Part shown: one piece after another, positions 1 through 10,000 of the stretch | How the letters are laid out: every line of letters starts with the position of its first letter | Position numbering within the stretch: position 1 is the first letter of the stretch | From: a virus | DNA: 64,000 nucleotides | IMG/VR virus record: IMGVR_UViG_3300028394_000038 | Strand: one strand, 5' to 3' | The notes under the pieces: model-generated | Databases searched by the model: none | Told to the model about the DNA's origin: nothing | The model's input: only the letters and a program-made list of their open reading frames with translations | Position numbers and translations under genes: made by a program

Positions 1-1
1 G

Positions 2-724
2 CGTTGGAAACAAAGCCATACCAATGTGGTTCGACGTGTACTGGGACATGCCAAACGTGGCACCAGAGTCATATATGTGGCAGGCAATCACGATGAGTTT
101 TTAAGGCCAATGATACCATATGGTTTCAATTTTGGACTTATAGAAATACACAATCAAATAGAACACATAGGTGCAGATGGCAAACACTATCTTGTTACCC
201 ATGGAGATTTATTTGATGGCATTACTCGTCTTGCACCATGGATAGCATTCCTAGGAGATAAAGCATATGACATTGTTCTTACACTCAACAATAAGTTTAA
301 TTGGATTCGGCGCCGTATGGGTTTTGGGTACTTTAGCCTTAGCAAGTATCTTAAATACAAGGTTAAAAAAGCAGTAGACTTTGTATTCAAATTTGAAGAG
401 AACTTGGCCAACTACTGTAAGAAGCGTGGCTTTGATGGTGTTATATGTGGACATATACATCATGCAGAGATAAAAGAAATCAACGGTGTCACATATATGA
501 ACGATGGTGACTGGGTTGAGTCATGTACTGCCTTAGTAGAACACTGGGACGGTAAGTGGGAAATAATTACATGGACTAAGGAGAGGGATGATGTGGTTAC
601 TAATCCTGATAGCAATTCACGTGAAAGACCCGACAGACCAGCCAGGAAGAGTGGAGTTACTGTTTCCAGATCAAAAAACCTGCGAGCAAGCCCTAAGCAC
701 ACTCAAGTGGCAGTTGAAGTTTAA
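2..724 (+). CDS. metallophosphoesterase, PlcP/LpxH-like (5' truncated by window edge)
   Basis: GNHD, HGD and GHIH motifs plus NDGDWVES; frame is open back to position 2. Confidence 0.8.
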   Translation, partial: RWKQSHTNVVRRVLGHAKRGTRVIYVAGNHDEFLRPMIPYGFNFGLIEIHNQIEHIGADGKHYLVTHGDLFDGITRLAPWIAFLGDKAYDIVLTLNNKFNWIRRRMGFGYFSLSKYLKYKVKKAVDFVFKFEENLANYCKKRGFDGVICGHIHHAEIKEINGVTYMNDGDWVESCTALVEHWDGKWEIITWTKERDDVVTNPDSNSRERPDRPARKSGVTVSRSKNLRASPKHTQVAVEV

Positions 725-745
725 AAGTTTTAAAGTAGAAGCAAA

Positions 746-1747
746 ATGTCAAAAACAATCTTAATCATAACTGATAACTTACCGGAGCAGATTAATGGCG
801 TTGTCACAACTTACACGAACATCGAGGCTTGTGCGATTTTGGATGGTTATCGCGTTGTTTACATTACTCCCGGGGACTTCCGCCACTTTGATTGTCCTGG
901 CTACAACGAAGTCAAGATTGCCTATACAAGGCAGATGGGCAAGAAGATTGAGGCGGTCGGTGCGGATTATATCCATATCGCCACAGAAGGTCCTGTTGGT
1001 CTGTCTGCTAGAAAATATCTTTCAAAACGTAATCTTCGCTACAATACTGCTTATCATACTAAGTTTCCTGAAGGACTCCGTGCTTTATTTGGAATACCTG
1101 AAGCCGTTACTTGGCCTCTAGTGCGGTGGTTCCACAAACATTCAGGTAAAGTGTTGACCACAACTGACACAATGGTTGCAGAGTTAAGGGCACATGGATT
1201 TGACGGCGATGTTATTTCTTGGACTCGCGGTGTTGATCGTGACATATTTTATCCAGCAGACATTACTGTTGAAAAGCAACCTTTACTAGTTTGTGTCAGT
1301 CGTGTGAGCAAAGAAAAGAATTTAGAAGACTTTTTCAAATTAGATTATCCCGGTCATAAGATCATGGTAGGCGATGGTCCCATGTTGGAAGAATACAAAG
1401 CTGAATATCCCAGTGTTGAGTTTGTGGGTGCAAAGCGTGGTGTTGAACTTGGTGACTACTATCGTATGGCAGATGTGTTTGTATTTCCCAGCCGTTGGGA
1501 AACATTTGGACTTGTGATGATTGAAGCAATGGCCTGTGGTACACCAGTTGCGGCTTACCCATGTCAAGGTCCTTTGGATGTTGTAGACGAGGGTGTCACA
1601 GGGTGCTTGAATGATGAGCTTAAACAAGCAGTCAATGATGCCTTAATGTTAGACCGTACAAAAGTGTGGCAAGGCAGTGCTCGTTGGACCTGGGAAAATG
1701 CTTGGGAAATATTTAGAAACAATCTTGTATCTGTAAAATCATTGTAA
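746..1747 (+). CDS. GT4 family glycosyltransferase (Agt-like)
   Basis: IHIATEGPVG, RVSKEKN and ETFGLVMIEAMACGTPV motifs. Confidence 0.88.
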   Translation: MSKTILIITDNLPEQINGVVTTYTNIEACAILDGYRVVYITPGDFRHFDCPGYNEVKIAYTRQMGKKIEAVGADYIHIATEGPVGLSARKYLSKRNLRYNTAYHTKFPEGLRALFGIPEAVTWPLVRWFHKHSGKVLTTTDTMVAELRAHGFDGDVISWTRGVDRDIFYPADITVEKQPLLVCVSRVSKEKNLEDFFKLDYPGHKIMVGDGPMLEEYKAEYPSVEFVGAKRGVELGDYYRMADVFVFPSRWETFGLVMIEAMACGTPVAAYPCQGPLDVVDEGVTGCLNDELKQAVNDALMLDRTKVWQGSARWTWENAWEIFRNNLVSVKSL

Positions 1748-1804
1748 TCGATTATCCGTTAAATAGTTATGTGCCACAAGCACACTAACCACAAGGAGCT
1801 CAAA

Positions 1805-2122
1805 ATGAAACTTGAAATGACAGTACACGGGTTAAATGTTAATTTAGAATTAGATGATGGTGCATACAACGGTTTAGAGATTTTACAACATGTTAAAGAT
1901 CTAGTCGACGAGCTATCAACATACGACAAAGTTATGTTGTCAGTAGTATCAATACCAGATGATGAAGACTTTGAACAGGCTCTAGAAGAAAATGAAGATT
2001 ATGAAGAAGTAGTTGCAGAAGAGCATATTGCTCGTGCAACATGGCCGTTTCCAGAAGGCGGATTAGACGATCAAGGTGCAGAAGTAGTTGCTTTTGTTGA
2101 GCCAGAACAAAAGACAGTTTAA
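1805..2122 (+). CDS. acidic hypothetical protein
   Basis: ORF track 1769..2122; ATG at 1805 follows AAGGAG. Confidence 0.65.
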   Translation: MKLEMTVHGLNVNLELDDGAYNGLEILQHVKDLVDELSTYDKVMLSVVSIPDDEDFEQALEENEDYEEVVAEEHIARATWPFPEGGLDDQGAEVVAFVEPEQKTV

Positions 2123-2166
2123 ATCGTCCACAAAGATTGAGTGGGGCTGGAACTCGTAACCAGCAG

Positions 2167-2189
2167 TAGGAACTTAGGTTCCTATTTTT
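2167..2189 (+). terminator. intrinsic terminator
   Basis: TAGGAAC/GTTCCTA hairpin followed by T run. Confidence 0.6.
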
Positions 2190-2231
2190 ATGAGCAAGCT
2201 AAATAGTAGTAGTTAATGAAAGGACACAGAC

Positions 2232-2369
2232 ATGGGCATACTAGAAGTCATAGTATATGGGTTTTTCACCGCATTTGGCTGGTGGGGCGCAAATCACTAC
2301 GTAATTGAACCTTACTTTCCTCCACCAATTGAGCGTAAAGTAGAAGAAAAGAAAGATGATAAAAAATGA
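2232..2369 (+). CDS. small membrane protein (45 aa), not in ORF track
   Basis: MGILEVIVYGFFTAFGWWGANHY...; upstream AAGGA; stop overlaps next ATG. Confidence 0.6.
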   Translation: MGILEVIVYGFFTAFGWWGANHYVIEPYFPPPIERKVEEKKDDKK

Positions 2370-2611
2370 TAGATTATGCTACAACATTTTTTGCAATCTT
2401 TTTGCTAGATGTTGTTTATACATATTATTTAAGATGTGTGGCCGATGACAATGTATTAGGCGCAAGTTTTTGGTCGGTGGCTTGTTATATTTTAGGAAGT
2501 ATAGCAGTTATAAATTATACAACTAATCATTGGTTGATGATTCCAGCAATAGCAGGGGCATTTGTTGGAACATTTGTTGGAATGAAAATTAAAAAGAATA
2601 CAGTATCATGA
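2366..2611 (+). CDS. small multi-pass membrane protein
   Basis: 81 aa hydrophobic ORF, coupled to neighbours. Confidence 0.7.
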   Translation: MIDYATTFFAIFLLDVVYTYYLRCVADDNVLGASFWSVACYILGSIAVINYTTNHWLMIPAIAGAFVGTFVGMKIKKNTVS

Positions 2612-3270
2612 AACCTACCATTGCCTTATTTTTGTACGATCCTAAGTGTAGCGTACAGTCGGGCAATGGTGTCATTAAAGCGTTACAATCAGATTACAAT
2701 TTTAAAATATTCAGCATTAATCCGTTAGAAGATAACTTCTTCGATGACGTAGATATGATAGTTGTTCCTGGCGGGTTTGGTGATGCTAGTACGTTTGATC
2801 GTGCATTCAAACATATTAAAGATAGAGTTAAATCATTTGTACAAAACGGTGGTAAGTACTTGGGAATTTGCATGGGTGCTTATTGGGCAGGTAAACACTA
2901 TTTTGATATACTGGACAGTGTTGATGCTGTGCAATACTTAGCACAGCCTAATACAGATACACGTAGACCACATGCTAAAAATATCAGTATAACATGGCAA
3001 GGCAATCCAATGAACATGTTCTGGTATGACGGCTGTGCCCTAATAGGCAACACTAATAAATTTACTACTATTGCAACATACGCCAACGGGGACGCAATGG
3101 CTATCGCCCAGGACAACATAGGGCTAATAGGATGTCACCCCGAAAGCGAACGGTTTTGGTATGACAGCTACACATGGATGAAAGGCAAGTATCATAACGG
3201 GCAACATCATCAACTGCTTTTAGACTTTGCAAACCAGCTAAATACTGGATGCTTAAAAAACTCTTACTAA
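2608..3270 (+). CDS. BPL_N-like class I glutamine amidotransferase-like protein
   Basis: VPGG, GGKYLGICMGAY nucleophile elbow, CHPE. Confidence 0.75.
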   Translation: MKPTIALFLYDPKCSVQSGNGVIKALQSDYNFKIFSINPLEDNFFDDVDMIVVPGGFGDASTFDRAFKHIKDRVKSFVQNGGKYLGICMGAYWAGKHYFDILDSVDAVQYLAQPNTDTRRPHAKNISITWQGNPMNMFWYDGCALIGNTNKFTTIATYANGDAMAIAQDNIGLIGCHPESERFWYDSYTWMKGKYHNGQHHQLLLDFANQLNTGCLKNSY

Positions 3271-5291
3271 GCCCCTGGACTGCTCTATTAACTCTTGCGT
3301 TAGTAGTGGGCATACGTGTTGCAGATCCCTCATTTGTTGAAAGCGTAAGACTACGCTACTTTGACACGCTGATCACAGCAAAAGCTCCAACAGAGAATAA
3401 CATCTATACGGTCAACATAGACGAAGCCGCATTAGACAAATACGGCCAATGGCCACTACCGAGGGTTAACTATGCTGAAATTATTGAAGACCTGTATCGT
3501 CGTAATGCTGGCCTTGTTGTGCTTAACGTGCTCATGGCTGAGCGTGATCGTACTGGTGGAGATAGGGATCTTGGAGCCGCTCTTAAACATTATCCAGTAG
3601 TACTAGGAAGTGTCCCAAGTGCTAAAACAAAGAATACACCCCGTGTTCCTGGATCAGCAGTATTAGGCCCAGAATGGTTAGATCAAATTGTACAGTATCC
3701 GGGACTTATTGCCAATGTACCAAGTTTAGAAAACTCCGCTGCCGGAGTTGGAATAGTTAACACACTCCCAGAGGTGGATGGTGTGAATCGCCGTATACCG
3801 TTAATCGTTGCAGTTGACGAAAAACTTTATCCGAGCATAGCTCTAGAGACACTCAGAGTAGCGGCCGGCGATTCCACTTTCCAAGTTAAGTTATTTGAAG
3901 GTGGCGTTGAGAAAATGCGTATACCAAAGTTTGGACCTGTTACTACAGACAACCTAGGACGCATATGGATTGATTGGAGTCAGACAAACAAATCAGTTAG
4001 CCTAGTGAACTTGCCAAAAGACTTTGGCGGTGCTATTGTTGTAGTGGGACCAACTGCCGCAGGTATTGCTAATCCCTTGCCTACTAGTAAAGGTGCAGTA
4101 TTTCCACATGATGTGCATGCCGCAGTTATAGCAACTATGGCAAACGGTGTTGTTATTGAACGTCCAGACTATGCAGACGGCTTAGAAATTATTGCTATCT
4201 TAGTCGCAGGCTTACTATTATTATTTTTAACAAGGTGGACTTATGTTGGACTTGCGTCAGTTATTGTGTTGGTCGCTGGCGGTATTGTTGGCAGTCAGTA
4301 TGCTTTCACTAACTTTTTATTCTTATTCGATGCTACTGCCTTTGCAGTTGGCACAGTCTTGGTCGCTTTGCATGCCTATGGAGTTAAGTTTGTTTCAGAG
4401 TTCCTACAAAAGCAAGCCATAAAGAAACAGTTTGCTGGTTATTGCAGTAAAGAAGTTGTAGAGCTATTACAAAAAGATCCAGACCTAATCAAGCGTGGTG
4501 TACGTAAAGACGTATCAGTTATGTTTAGTGACCTACGTGGATTTACACCAATTGGTGAACACTATGGTGATGATGTTGCCGGCTTAGGCAAGTATATGAA
4601 TGGCTATATGGATGCTATCAGCCAGCCCATGTTAGATAACAAAGGTATGGTTATCAAGTATGTGGGTGATGCGAGTATGCACATACATGGTGCTCCTATT
4701 GAAGATCCTAACCATGCACGAACAATCGTTGCTGTTGGCTTAGAGATGTTGGACAAAGTAGATGAATACACTAAGCTAATGGAAGCACAAGGATTACCGC
4801 CTGCCGCTATGGGCTGGGGTTGTAACTCAGGTATTGGCTTTATTGGTGAGATGGGGTCAACAGAAAGACACAGCTATGACATCTTAGGTGATATGGTTAG
4901 TACTGCGGCTCGTTTAGAAGCACGTTGTAAGGCTTATGGTGTGTTGTGTATTATTGGTGCTGAAACATATAATCGCACTAAAGATGATTTCTTCTATCTA
5001 ATGTTAGACAACTTACAACCAAAAGGTAAGACTGTAGCAGACTTAATCTATACAGCACTACGTACACGCGGCGTTGATTATAGCAAAGACAAAGCACAGC
5101 ATGAAGCAATGCATGCCTTGTACAAACAGAAGAAGTTCGACGAAGCTGCCGTCATGTGTACTAAGCTAAAAGGCAACTTTGGTGGGCAGATGGACAAGTA
5201 CTATAAAATTTGGATTGAACGTTGCGACTTTATGAAACAACAGGATCTAGGCGATAACTGGAACGGTGAGTTTGTAGCTCACGAGAAATAA
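3249..5291 (+). CDS. CHASE2-domain class III adenylate/guanylate cyclase
   Basis: N-terminal TM, CHASE2-like GQWPLPR and DGVNRRIP, 3 TMs, FSDLRGFT, KYVGDA, YDILGDMVSTAARLE. Confidence 0.9.
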   Translation: MLKKLLLSPWTALLTLALVVGIRVADPSFVESVRLRYFDTLITAKAPTENNIYTVNIDEAALDKYGQWPLPRVNYAEIIEDLYRRNAGLVVLNVLMAERDRTGGDRDLGAALKHYPVVLGSVPSAKTKNTPRVPGSAVLGPEWLDQIVQYPGLIANVPSLENSAAGVGIVNTLPEVDGVNRRIPLIVAVDEKLYPSIALETLRVAAGDSTFQVKLFEGGVEKMRIPKFGPVTTDNLGRIWIDWSQTNKSVSLVNLPKDFGGAIVVVGPTAAGIANPLPTSKGAVFPHDVHAAVIATMANGVVIERPDYADGLEIIAILVAGLLLLFLTRWTYVGLASVIVLVAGGIVGSQYAFTNFLFLFDATAFAVGTVLVALHAYGVKFVSEFLQKQAIKKQFAGYCSKEVVELLQKDPDLIKRGVRKDVSVMFSDLRGFTPIGEHYGDDVAGLGKYMNGYMDAISQPMLDNKGMVIKYVGDASMHIHGAPIEDPNHARTIVAVGLEMLDKVDEYTKLMEAQGLPPAAMGWGCNSGIGFIGEMGSTERHSYDILGDMVSTAARLEARCKAYGVLCIIGAETYNRTKDDFFYLMLDNLQPKGKTVADLIYTALRTRGVDYSKDKAQHEAMHALYKQKKFDEAAVMCTKLKGNFGGQMDKYYKIWIERCDFMKQQDLGDNWNGEFVAHEK

Positions 5292-5678
5292 TTAACTGCT
5301 ACCACCGGCAGCTTCTTTCTTGTCGCTAGGGTCAACTTTTTTGTTCTTATTACTTATATTATCTGCTTCGTCCATAGCATCGTGAAACTTAGCGTTAGCT
5401 TGTGCTTCCACTATAGCTGTTTCCATAACACGATCACTTTCAATCATCTTACCTCGAATAGTTAATACTGTGTTGACCTTTTGATTTAAACGAATCAAGT
5501 CGTTGTCTAACATACGTATTCGATCGATAAGAGCAATAAGAACTGAGTTAGCTTCTGAGATTACTGGCTTAACTTCTTTTGTTGCCCACTCCCAAACGTA
5601 TTTGATAATGAAGCCCATGCCCACTGCCATAACAATGGGAAAGCCATACTTATTAACTGCATCTGCTATTTCGTTCAT
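5292..5678 (-). CDS. single-TM coiled-coil membrane protein
   Basis: N-terminal TM (GFPIVMAVGMGF); similar to 6836..7117. Confidence 0.7.
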   Translation of the reverse strand: MNEIADAVNKYGFPIVMAVGMGFIIKYVWEWATKEVKPVISEANSVLIALIDRIRMLDNDLIRLNQKVNTVLTIRGKMIESDRVMETAIVEAQANAKFHDAMDEADNISNKNKKVDPSDKKEAAGGSS

Positions 5679-5698
5679 TTTTCGCTCCTCACGAGTAT

Positions 5699-6481
5699 TT
5701 ACCTTCCAACATATACTTGTGGTTCTGCTTCTTTACGACGATTCTCTTCACTTTTAGGAAATAATCCATTACCGTATTGCGGATACTTTTGCTGTCGGTC
5801 ATATGCTACATACATAAACATTCCACCCATTGTAAATATTATTACAATAATAAAGATACCTATAATAAAATCGTCTCTAAGCTGTTTCATACGGATTGCA
5901 CGTCTGCGATCCTGCATAGCTTGACGTTGCATTTGTTGAGCAATAAGAACTTTTTGTTCCTTCCCCATTTGCTTCATCATTTCTTCTACTTCTGTATACA
6001 ATGCGCCTAGTTCTTTAGGGCTTTGATAAACCATTAGTTCACGCAACTCAATTTCCATTTGTTGTAATTGTTTTCTCATCAACACACGTTGTAAAGCACG
6101 TTTGCCTATACTATCATCACCTTTATAAACTTCAGTTTTAGCACGGCGCTCTTCTTCTTCAAAAATTGCTATACACTTATAAAAGTTATCATAGTATGCG
6201 CCAAGATGATTACCTATCTCTTGATAAATTCCTGTGTGTTCGTCTTTATTAGCTCGCTTGTTTAAATCTATTACACGATTCTTTTCTTCTATATAAGCAT
6301 TGCGTTGTGCTGTAGTAGGAGGTTTTTCGGCAGGATGAAGTTTGTGAAACTGATCATCTAGATCTTTAAGTACTTCTTTAACTTCTCCGGCGGCGCCTTT
6401 TATATCCTTATACAGTTTACAGCCAGCCTTAACAGCAGACACTGCTCCGTTGGCTAAAGCAAAGAGGGTGATTGGATCCAT
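5699..6481 (-). CDS. coiled-coil protein with C-terminal TM
   Basis: 260 aa ORF; hydrophobic segment near C terminus. Confidence 0.7.
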   Translation of the reverse strand: MDPITLFALANGAVSAVKAGCKLYKDIKGAAGEVKEVLKDLDDQFHKLHPAEKPPTTAQRNAYIEEKNRVIDLNKRANKDEHTGIYQEIGNHLGAYYDNFYKCIAIFEEEERRAKTEVYKGDDSIGKRALQRVLMRKQLQQMEIELRELMVYQSPKELGALYTEVEEMMKQMGKEQKVLIAQQMQRQAMQDRRRAIRMKQLRDDFIIGIFIIVIIFTMGGMFMYVAYDRQQKYPQYGNGLFPKSEENRRKEAEPQVYVGR

Positions 6482-6502
6482 ATGGTCCGCACCAGCCCCT
6501 CT

Positions 6503-6649
6503 TTAGAACATAAGACCGATTAAAAATCCAACAAATGCGCCAACCGCGGCGGCTTTGGCTAAATCTACGTCATGCCATAGAGGTTGTGATTTTAAATATT
6601 CTTGTGTACTTGGGTTTAAACTATCCCACCATGCGTCCCATTTATTCAT
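6503..6649 (-). CDS. small membrane protein (48 aa), not in ORF track
   Basis: MNKWDAWWDSLNPSTQEYLKSQPLWHDVDLAKAAAVGAFVGFLIGLMF fills the gap in the minus-strand run. Confidence 0.55.
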   Translation of the reverse strand: MNKWDAWWDSLNPSTQEYLKSQPLWHDVDLAKAAAVGAFVGFLIGLMF

Positions 6650-6836
6650 TGCAGTTCACCTTATGTCCTTTTATAAATTGTTCTACTGGATCTAGTTTAA
6701 CTAACATAGCCTGACCGTCGACATTGACAATCTTAAAACAGTCGCCAGCCTTCCAACCTAGTTTGTCTATGTTTAACTCAGGGTCAAACTTAATCCACTC
6801 GGGCTCTAAGTCCCAATCGTAATCGTAATGTCGCAC
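6642..6836 (-). CDS. hypothetical protein
   Basis: 64 aa ORF in minus-strand operon. Confidence 0.6.
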   Translation of the reverse strand: MRHYDYDWDLEPEWIKFDPELNIDKLGWKAGDCFKIVNVDGQAMLVKLDPVEQFIKGHKVNCNE

Positions 6837-7117
6837 TAGTCTCTCCTTGCGTCGTTTTTACCATCAGCACGACTAATACGATCAACGTCCGGACGCAAGC
6901 CTAAAGCGTTTGAAACAATTGTGTCAATACGTATAACATCGTGGTTCATGGTTTTTACTCTATTATCCAAAGCAGTAATAATACCTGCCATTCCTTTGAT
7001 ACTGCCAAGCACACCCTGTAACAACAGTTTGATAGTTAGATACACAAAGTATCCGCCAACTAACGCTGCCGCGACCGGCATTCCCAGGTCACCAATAAGT
7101 TTGAATATTTCGCCCAT
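6836..7117 (-). CDS. single-TM membrane protein, paralogue of 5292..5678
   Basis: GMPVAAALVGGYF TM; ALDNRVKTMNHDVIRID resembles ALIDRIRMLDNDLIRLN. Confidence 0.7.
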   Translation of the reverse strand: MGEIFKLIGDLGMPVAAALVGGYFVYLTIKLLLQGVLGSIKGMAGIITALDNRVKTMNHDVIRIDTIVSNALGLRPDVDRISRADGKNDARRD

Positions 7118-7164
7118 TTTTTGCTCCGCTCTTTATGTGAGTATTTATCTGAGCAGAAAATATC

Positions 7165-7193
7165 TTGACTTGAGTAAATACTATTGCTATAAT
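7165..7193 (+). promoter_or_regulatory. sigma70-type promoter
   Basis: TTGACT-N17-TATAAT. Confidence 0.7.
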
Positions 7194-7218
7194 AAGCACA
7201 CTTAACTAAAGAAGGAAA

Positions 7219-7500
7219 ATGGTACATAATCAGAAATTTGAATCTAGTATGTTTGACTACTGCTCTACCCAAGCAGAACGTGCATATAAACTACTAGAGG
7301 ATGGGGAAATTGACGTGGGTCTGCAATTTTTGGCACATTTAGCCGATGTTTTGCAGATGCTAGTAGAGGCTAAATCTAGTCAAGGCATTACCAATATCAA
7401 CGAGTTTGCTAAACTTGTTAAGGAAATGGATGAACTAGATAAGGACCAAATATACAGTCATTTTATAGAATACGGATTTGGTCAGTACATTCCTGAATAA
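7219..7500 (+). CDS. hypothetical protein
   Basis: 93 aa ORF with AAGGA, behind promoter. Confidence 0.65.
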   Translation: MVHNQKFESSMFDYCSTQAERAYKLLEDGEIDVGLQFLAHLADVLQMLVEAKSSQGITNINEFAKLVKEMDELDKDQIYSHFIEYGFGQYIPE

Positions 7501-7538
7501 TACAGCTAAATAGGTATAGTAAGCTAGGAGCCATTACT

Positions 7539-8270
7539 ATGGGTAGCAGACAGCCGTTTAACTGGTCACTTTTAGATCGAAATACGTTGTACTCTATGCT
7601 CTACGAACTCAAATCTGAGCTAGTGGATAAACGCCTACCTATTGGCCAAGTTTGTAAGATTATTAGCCGACACATCAAACAACATCTTCCCGTTAAAGTA
7701 ACTAGCAGTAAGTTTGCTCCTGTACGTAAGGGCGAGCTTTGGTTGGGCGGTGTTTATTACTCAGGTGACGACTCAGCGGGTAAAAAACGTTTTATCGAAG
7801 TACAACTTGCTTACCCCCCAGATGCACAGACTATGAAAATAGGACAGTATCGCTGGGAGCGAATTTGTACTGTATTTGCTGATATCATGCTACATGAAAT
7901 AATACACACTAGACAATTTCGTGCTAGAGATTTTAAATCTATCCCAGGGTATCAAAGTACTGCTTACTATATTAAAGATCGTAAACAACAAGAGTATTAC
8001 GGCGATAGAGATGAAATGGGCGCTCATGCTTTTAACATTGCTCAAATGATGATTGACAAGTTTGGTTGGGATCCAAAAGCTATTAGTGATTACATGGACA
8101 GCAACATACCAAAAAGAGTTCGGCCCAATGATTGGGGACGCTTTATGAAAACATTTGACTACAATCACGATCATCCAAAAGTTCGACAAATGAAGCGTAA
8201 GATAATGAAGCAGTTAGAATACGCCTGTCTAGGAAAACCATTTAAAACACCAAACCACTTGACTTACTGA
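7539..8270 (+). CDS. hypothetical protein with HExxH motif (putative zinc metalloprotein)
   Basis: MLHEIIH and downstream DEMGA; AGGAG RBS. Confidence 0.65.
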   Translation: MGSRQPFNWSLLDRNTLYSMLYELKSELVDKRLPIGQVCKIISRHIKQHLPVKVTSSKFAPVRKGELWLGGVYYSGDDSAGKKRFIEVQLAYPPDAQTMKIGQYRWERICTVFADIMLHEIIHTRQFRARDFKSIPGYQSTAYYIKDRKQQEYYGDRDEMGAHAFNIAQMMIDKFGWDPKAISDYMDSNIPKRVRPNDWGRFMKTFDYNHDHPKVRQMKRKIMKQLEYACLGKPFKTPNHLTY

Positions 8271-8287
8271 TAAGTAGGCAGTATAAT
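8259..8287 (+). promoter_or_regulatory. sigma70-type promoter
   Basis: TTGACT-N17-TATAAT. Confidence 0.7.
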
Positions 8288-8294
8288 ATATTTT

Positions 8295-9137
8295 ATGGCA
8301 CACCACTCATCATACTGGTCATGTAGTCCTTTCGCCGATTGGCTACGTGGCACTAAAAAACTCAATGCAGGAACCTCGGAAGAATGGGACGAATGGACCA
8401 CCGCGGCTCAAATGAAACACAACTTCCGGTACTGGCTTGCAGAAGAAGCACTAAGTCATATACAAGATTTTGTCACATGGCCCGAAAGAAAACTAAATGA
8501 CGTTAGATATTATATTAATAACCGTTGGATTAGTCGCAGTCATGGCCTTACTGCTCATGCTCGTGACATTAAGCCTGGTAGTTGGTGTGATGTGGGCAAT
8601 CGTTTCCTTCCTTGTCTGTTTAACGAGTTGGTAGATTTTGTTGAAATAGAACAAGCATGGCATCATTGCATATGGAGTGACGAAGCTAAGACCAAATTTA
8701 ATGTGCCTTGGTATCGCAAGGGTTGGTTACGTTGGAGAACTTGGCGTTGTCCAGAAGCTGGCCTAGAGTATCTAAAGTGGGCTAGCGAGCTAGTCATTGA
8801 CAAAAACATGGGCGCAGAGCCTGGCGAAAAAGGCTACGGCGAACCTACATATCAGGCCAAGGCCGCAAAAGAGATTATTGAACTATATACTTGGTGGACT
8901 GTGACTTACCGCAATCGTCCAGACCCCTACGAAGCCAGTGGATGGACTGCGGCATGCGAAGCAAACCGTGCGGCCAATGGCGGCAAGCTGAGTTTCAGCA
9001 CTCCAAAAGATCCTGTGCTTAAAAAGCAAAGCGATAAGGCACATAAGTTGCTTCAAAAAATTGAAGCCGATTACGAAAAAGAAGACGAAGCTATGATGAT
9101 CCGTTTAATCAAGATCCGTCAAAGTCTTTGGACCTAA
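8295..9137 (+). CDS. Trp-rich phage hypothetical protein
   Basis: 280 aa ORF starting just after the -10 box (possibly leaderless). Confidence 0.75.
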   Translation: MAHHSSYWSCSPFADWLRGTKKLNAGTSEEWDEWTTAAQMKHNFRYWLAEEALSHIQDFVTWPERKLNDVRYYINNRWISRSHGLTAHARDIKPGSWCDVGNRFLPCLFNELVDFVEIEQAWHHCIWSDEAKTKFNVPWYRKGWLRWRTWRCPEAGLEYLKWASELVIDKNMGAEPGEKGYGEPTYQAKAAKEIIELYTWWTVTYRNRPDPYEASGWTAACEANRAANGGKLSFSTPKDPVLKKQSDKAHKLLQKIEADYEKEDEAMMIRLIKIRQSLWT

Positions 9138-9167
9138 AACATACATAATAATACAAGGAGAAACATT

Positions 9168-9362
9168 ATGGCACAAAACAAATACGCAGAATTTACTGCT
9201 ATCATTGAAGCAATGGAAGCAGACTTTGAAAAGTTCTACGATAAAGAAGTTGGTGCTGCCGGTACTCGTGTTCGCAAGCATTGTCAAGATTTGGCAAAAC
9301 TCTGCAAAGAAACACGCAATGACGTAACAGCAGTAAAGAACGAACGTAAAGAAGCTAAGTAA
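9168..9362 (+). CDS. Hc1 / histone H1-like small helical protein
   Basis: DFEKFYDKEVGAAGTRVRK pattern; AAGGAG RBS. Confidence 0.6.
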   Translation: MAQNKYAEFTAIIEAMEADFEKFYDKEVGAAGTRVRKHCQDLAKLCKETRNDVTAVKNERKEAK

Positions 9363-9366
9363 TAGT

Positions 9367-9783
9367 ATGGACAAACAGGAAAAGAAAAGAGATGTGGCAG
9401 TATTTGCCAACATGCTCAAAGAACTAATGAACGATAGTCTAGATGATAACTTGGTTACACTAGATCGTGATTTACAACATTTTCTATATGGTCGTGTTGC
9501 TGTGTTGGTAAAACACAATGAAGGACAACCAATTGGAAGTGTTGGAGATCTAGGTGCTATCGTAGGTGGAGCATTTGCTACTATCCTAGGAGAATTTATT
9601 TCTTCTAGAGTACAGACAGCAGAAGATTTACAAAAGTTAGTTTTAACTGCCAAAGAAAATATGGTAGAAGGATTTGAACTAAGAGCACCAGTGCTCAAAC
9701 AAAGTGATGAAACGCCGGCGACTGCCTCAGGGGGTGATATAACAGCGCCAGAAGCATCACAAGAAAAAGTAGAGTCAGTATGA
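9367..9783 (+). CDS. hypothetical protein
   Basis: 138 aa ORF in operon. Confidence 0.65.
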   Translation: MDKQEKKRDVAVFANMLKELMNDSLDDNLVTLDRDLQHFLYGRVAVLVKHNEGQPIGSVGDLGAIVGGAFATILGEFISSRVQTAEDLQKLVLTAKENMVEGFELRAPVLKQSDETPATASGGDITAPEASQEKVESV

Positions 9784-9974
9784 TTCCAGCATATAGTGAA
9801 GAAGTAAAAATCACTATCAAGGAACAGGGCCTAGATCCAAATTTGGAAACTAGGGTAAAAGAGTTACATGAACAGGTAAGGCTTCTAACAGAGACTGTCG
9901 AGTACATGAACAGAGAACGTAGCAGGATGAAATCCGAGTTGGACCAACTCCGAGCCGCGATTAACCGACAGTAA
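9780..9974 (+). CDS. small coiled-coil protein
   Basis: 64 aa ORF, overlaps upstream stop. Confidence 0.6.
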   Translation: MIPAYSEEVKITIKEQGLDPNLETRVKELHEQVRLLTETVEYMNRERSRMKSELDQLRAAINRQ

Positions 9975-10000
9975 CATGTCAGAAATAGGAAAATAAGTAA

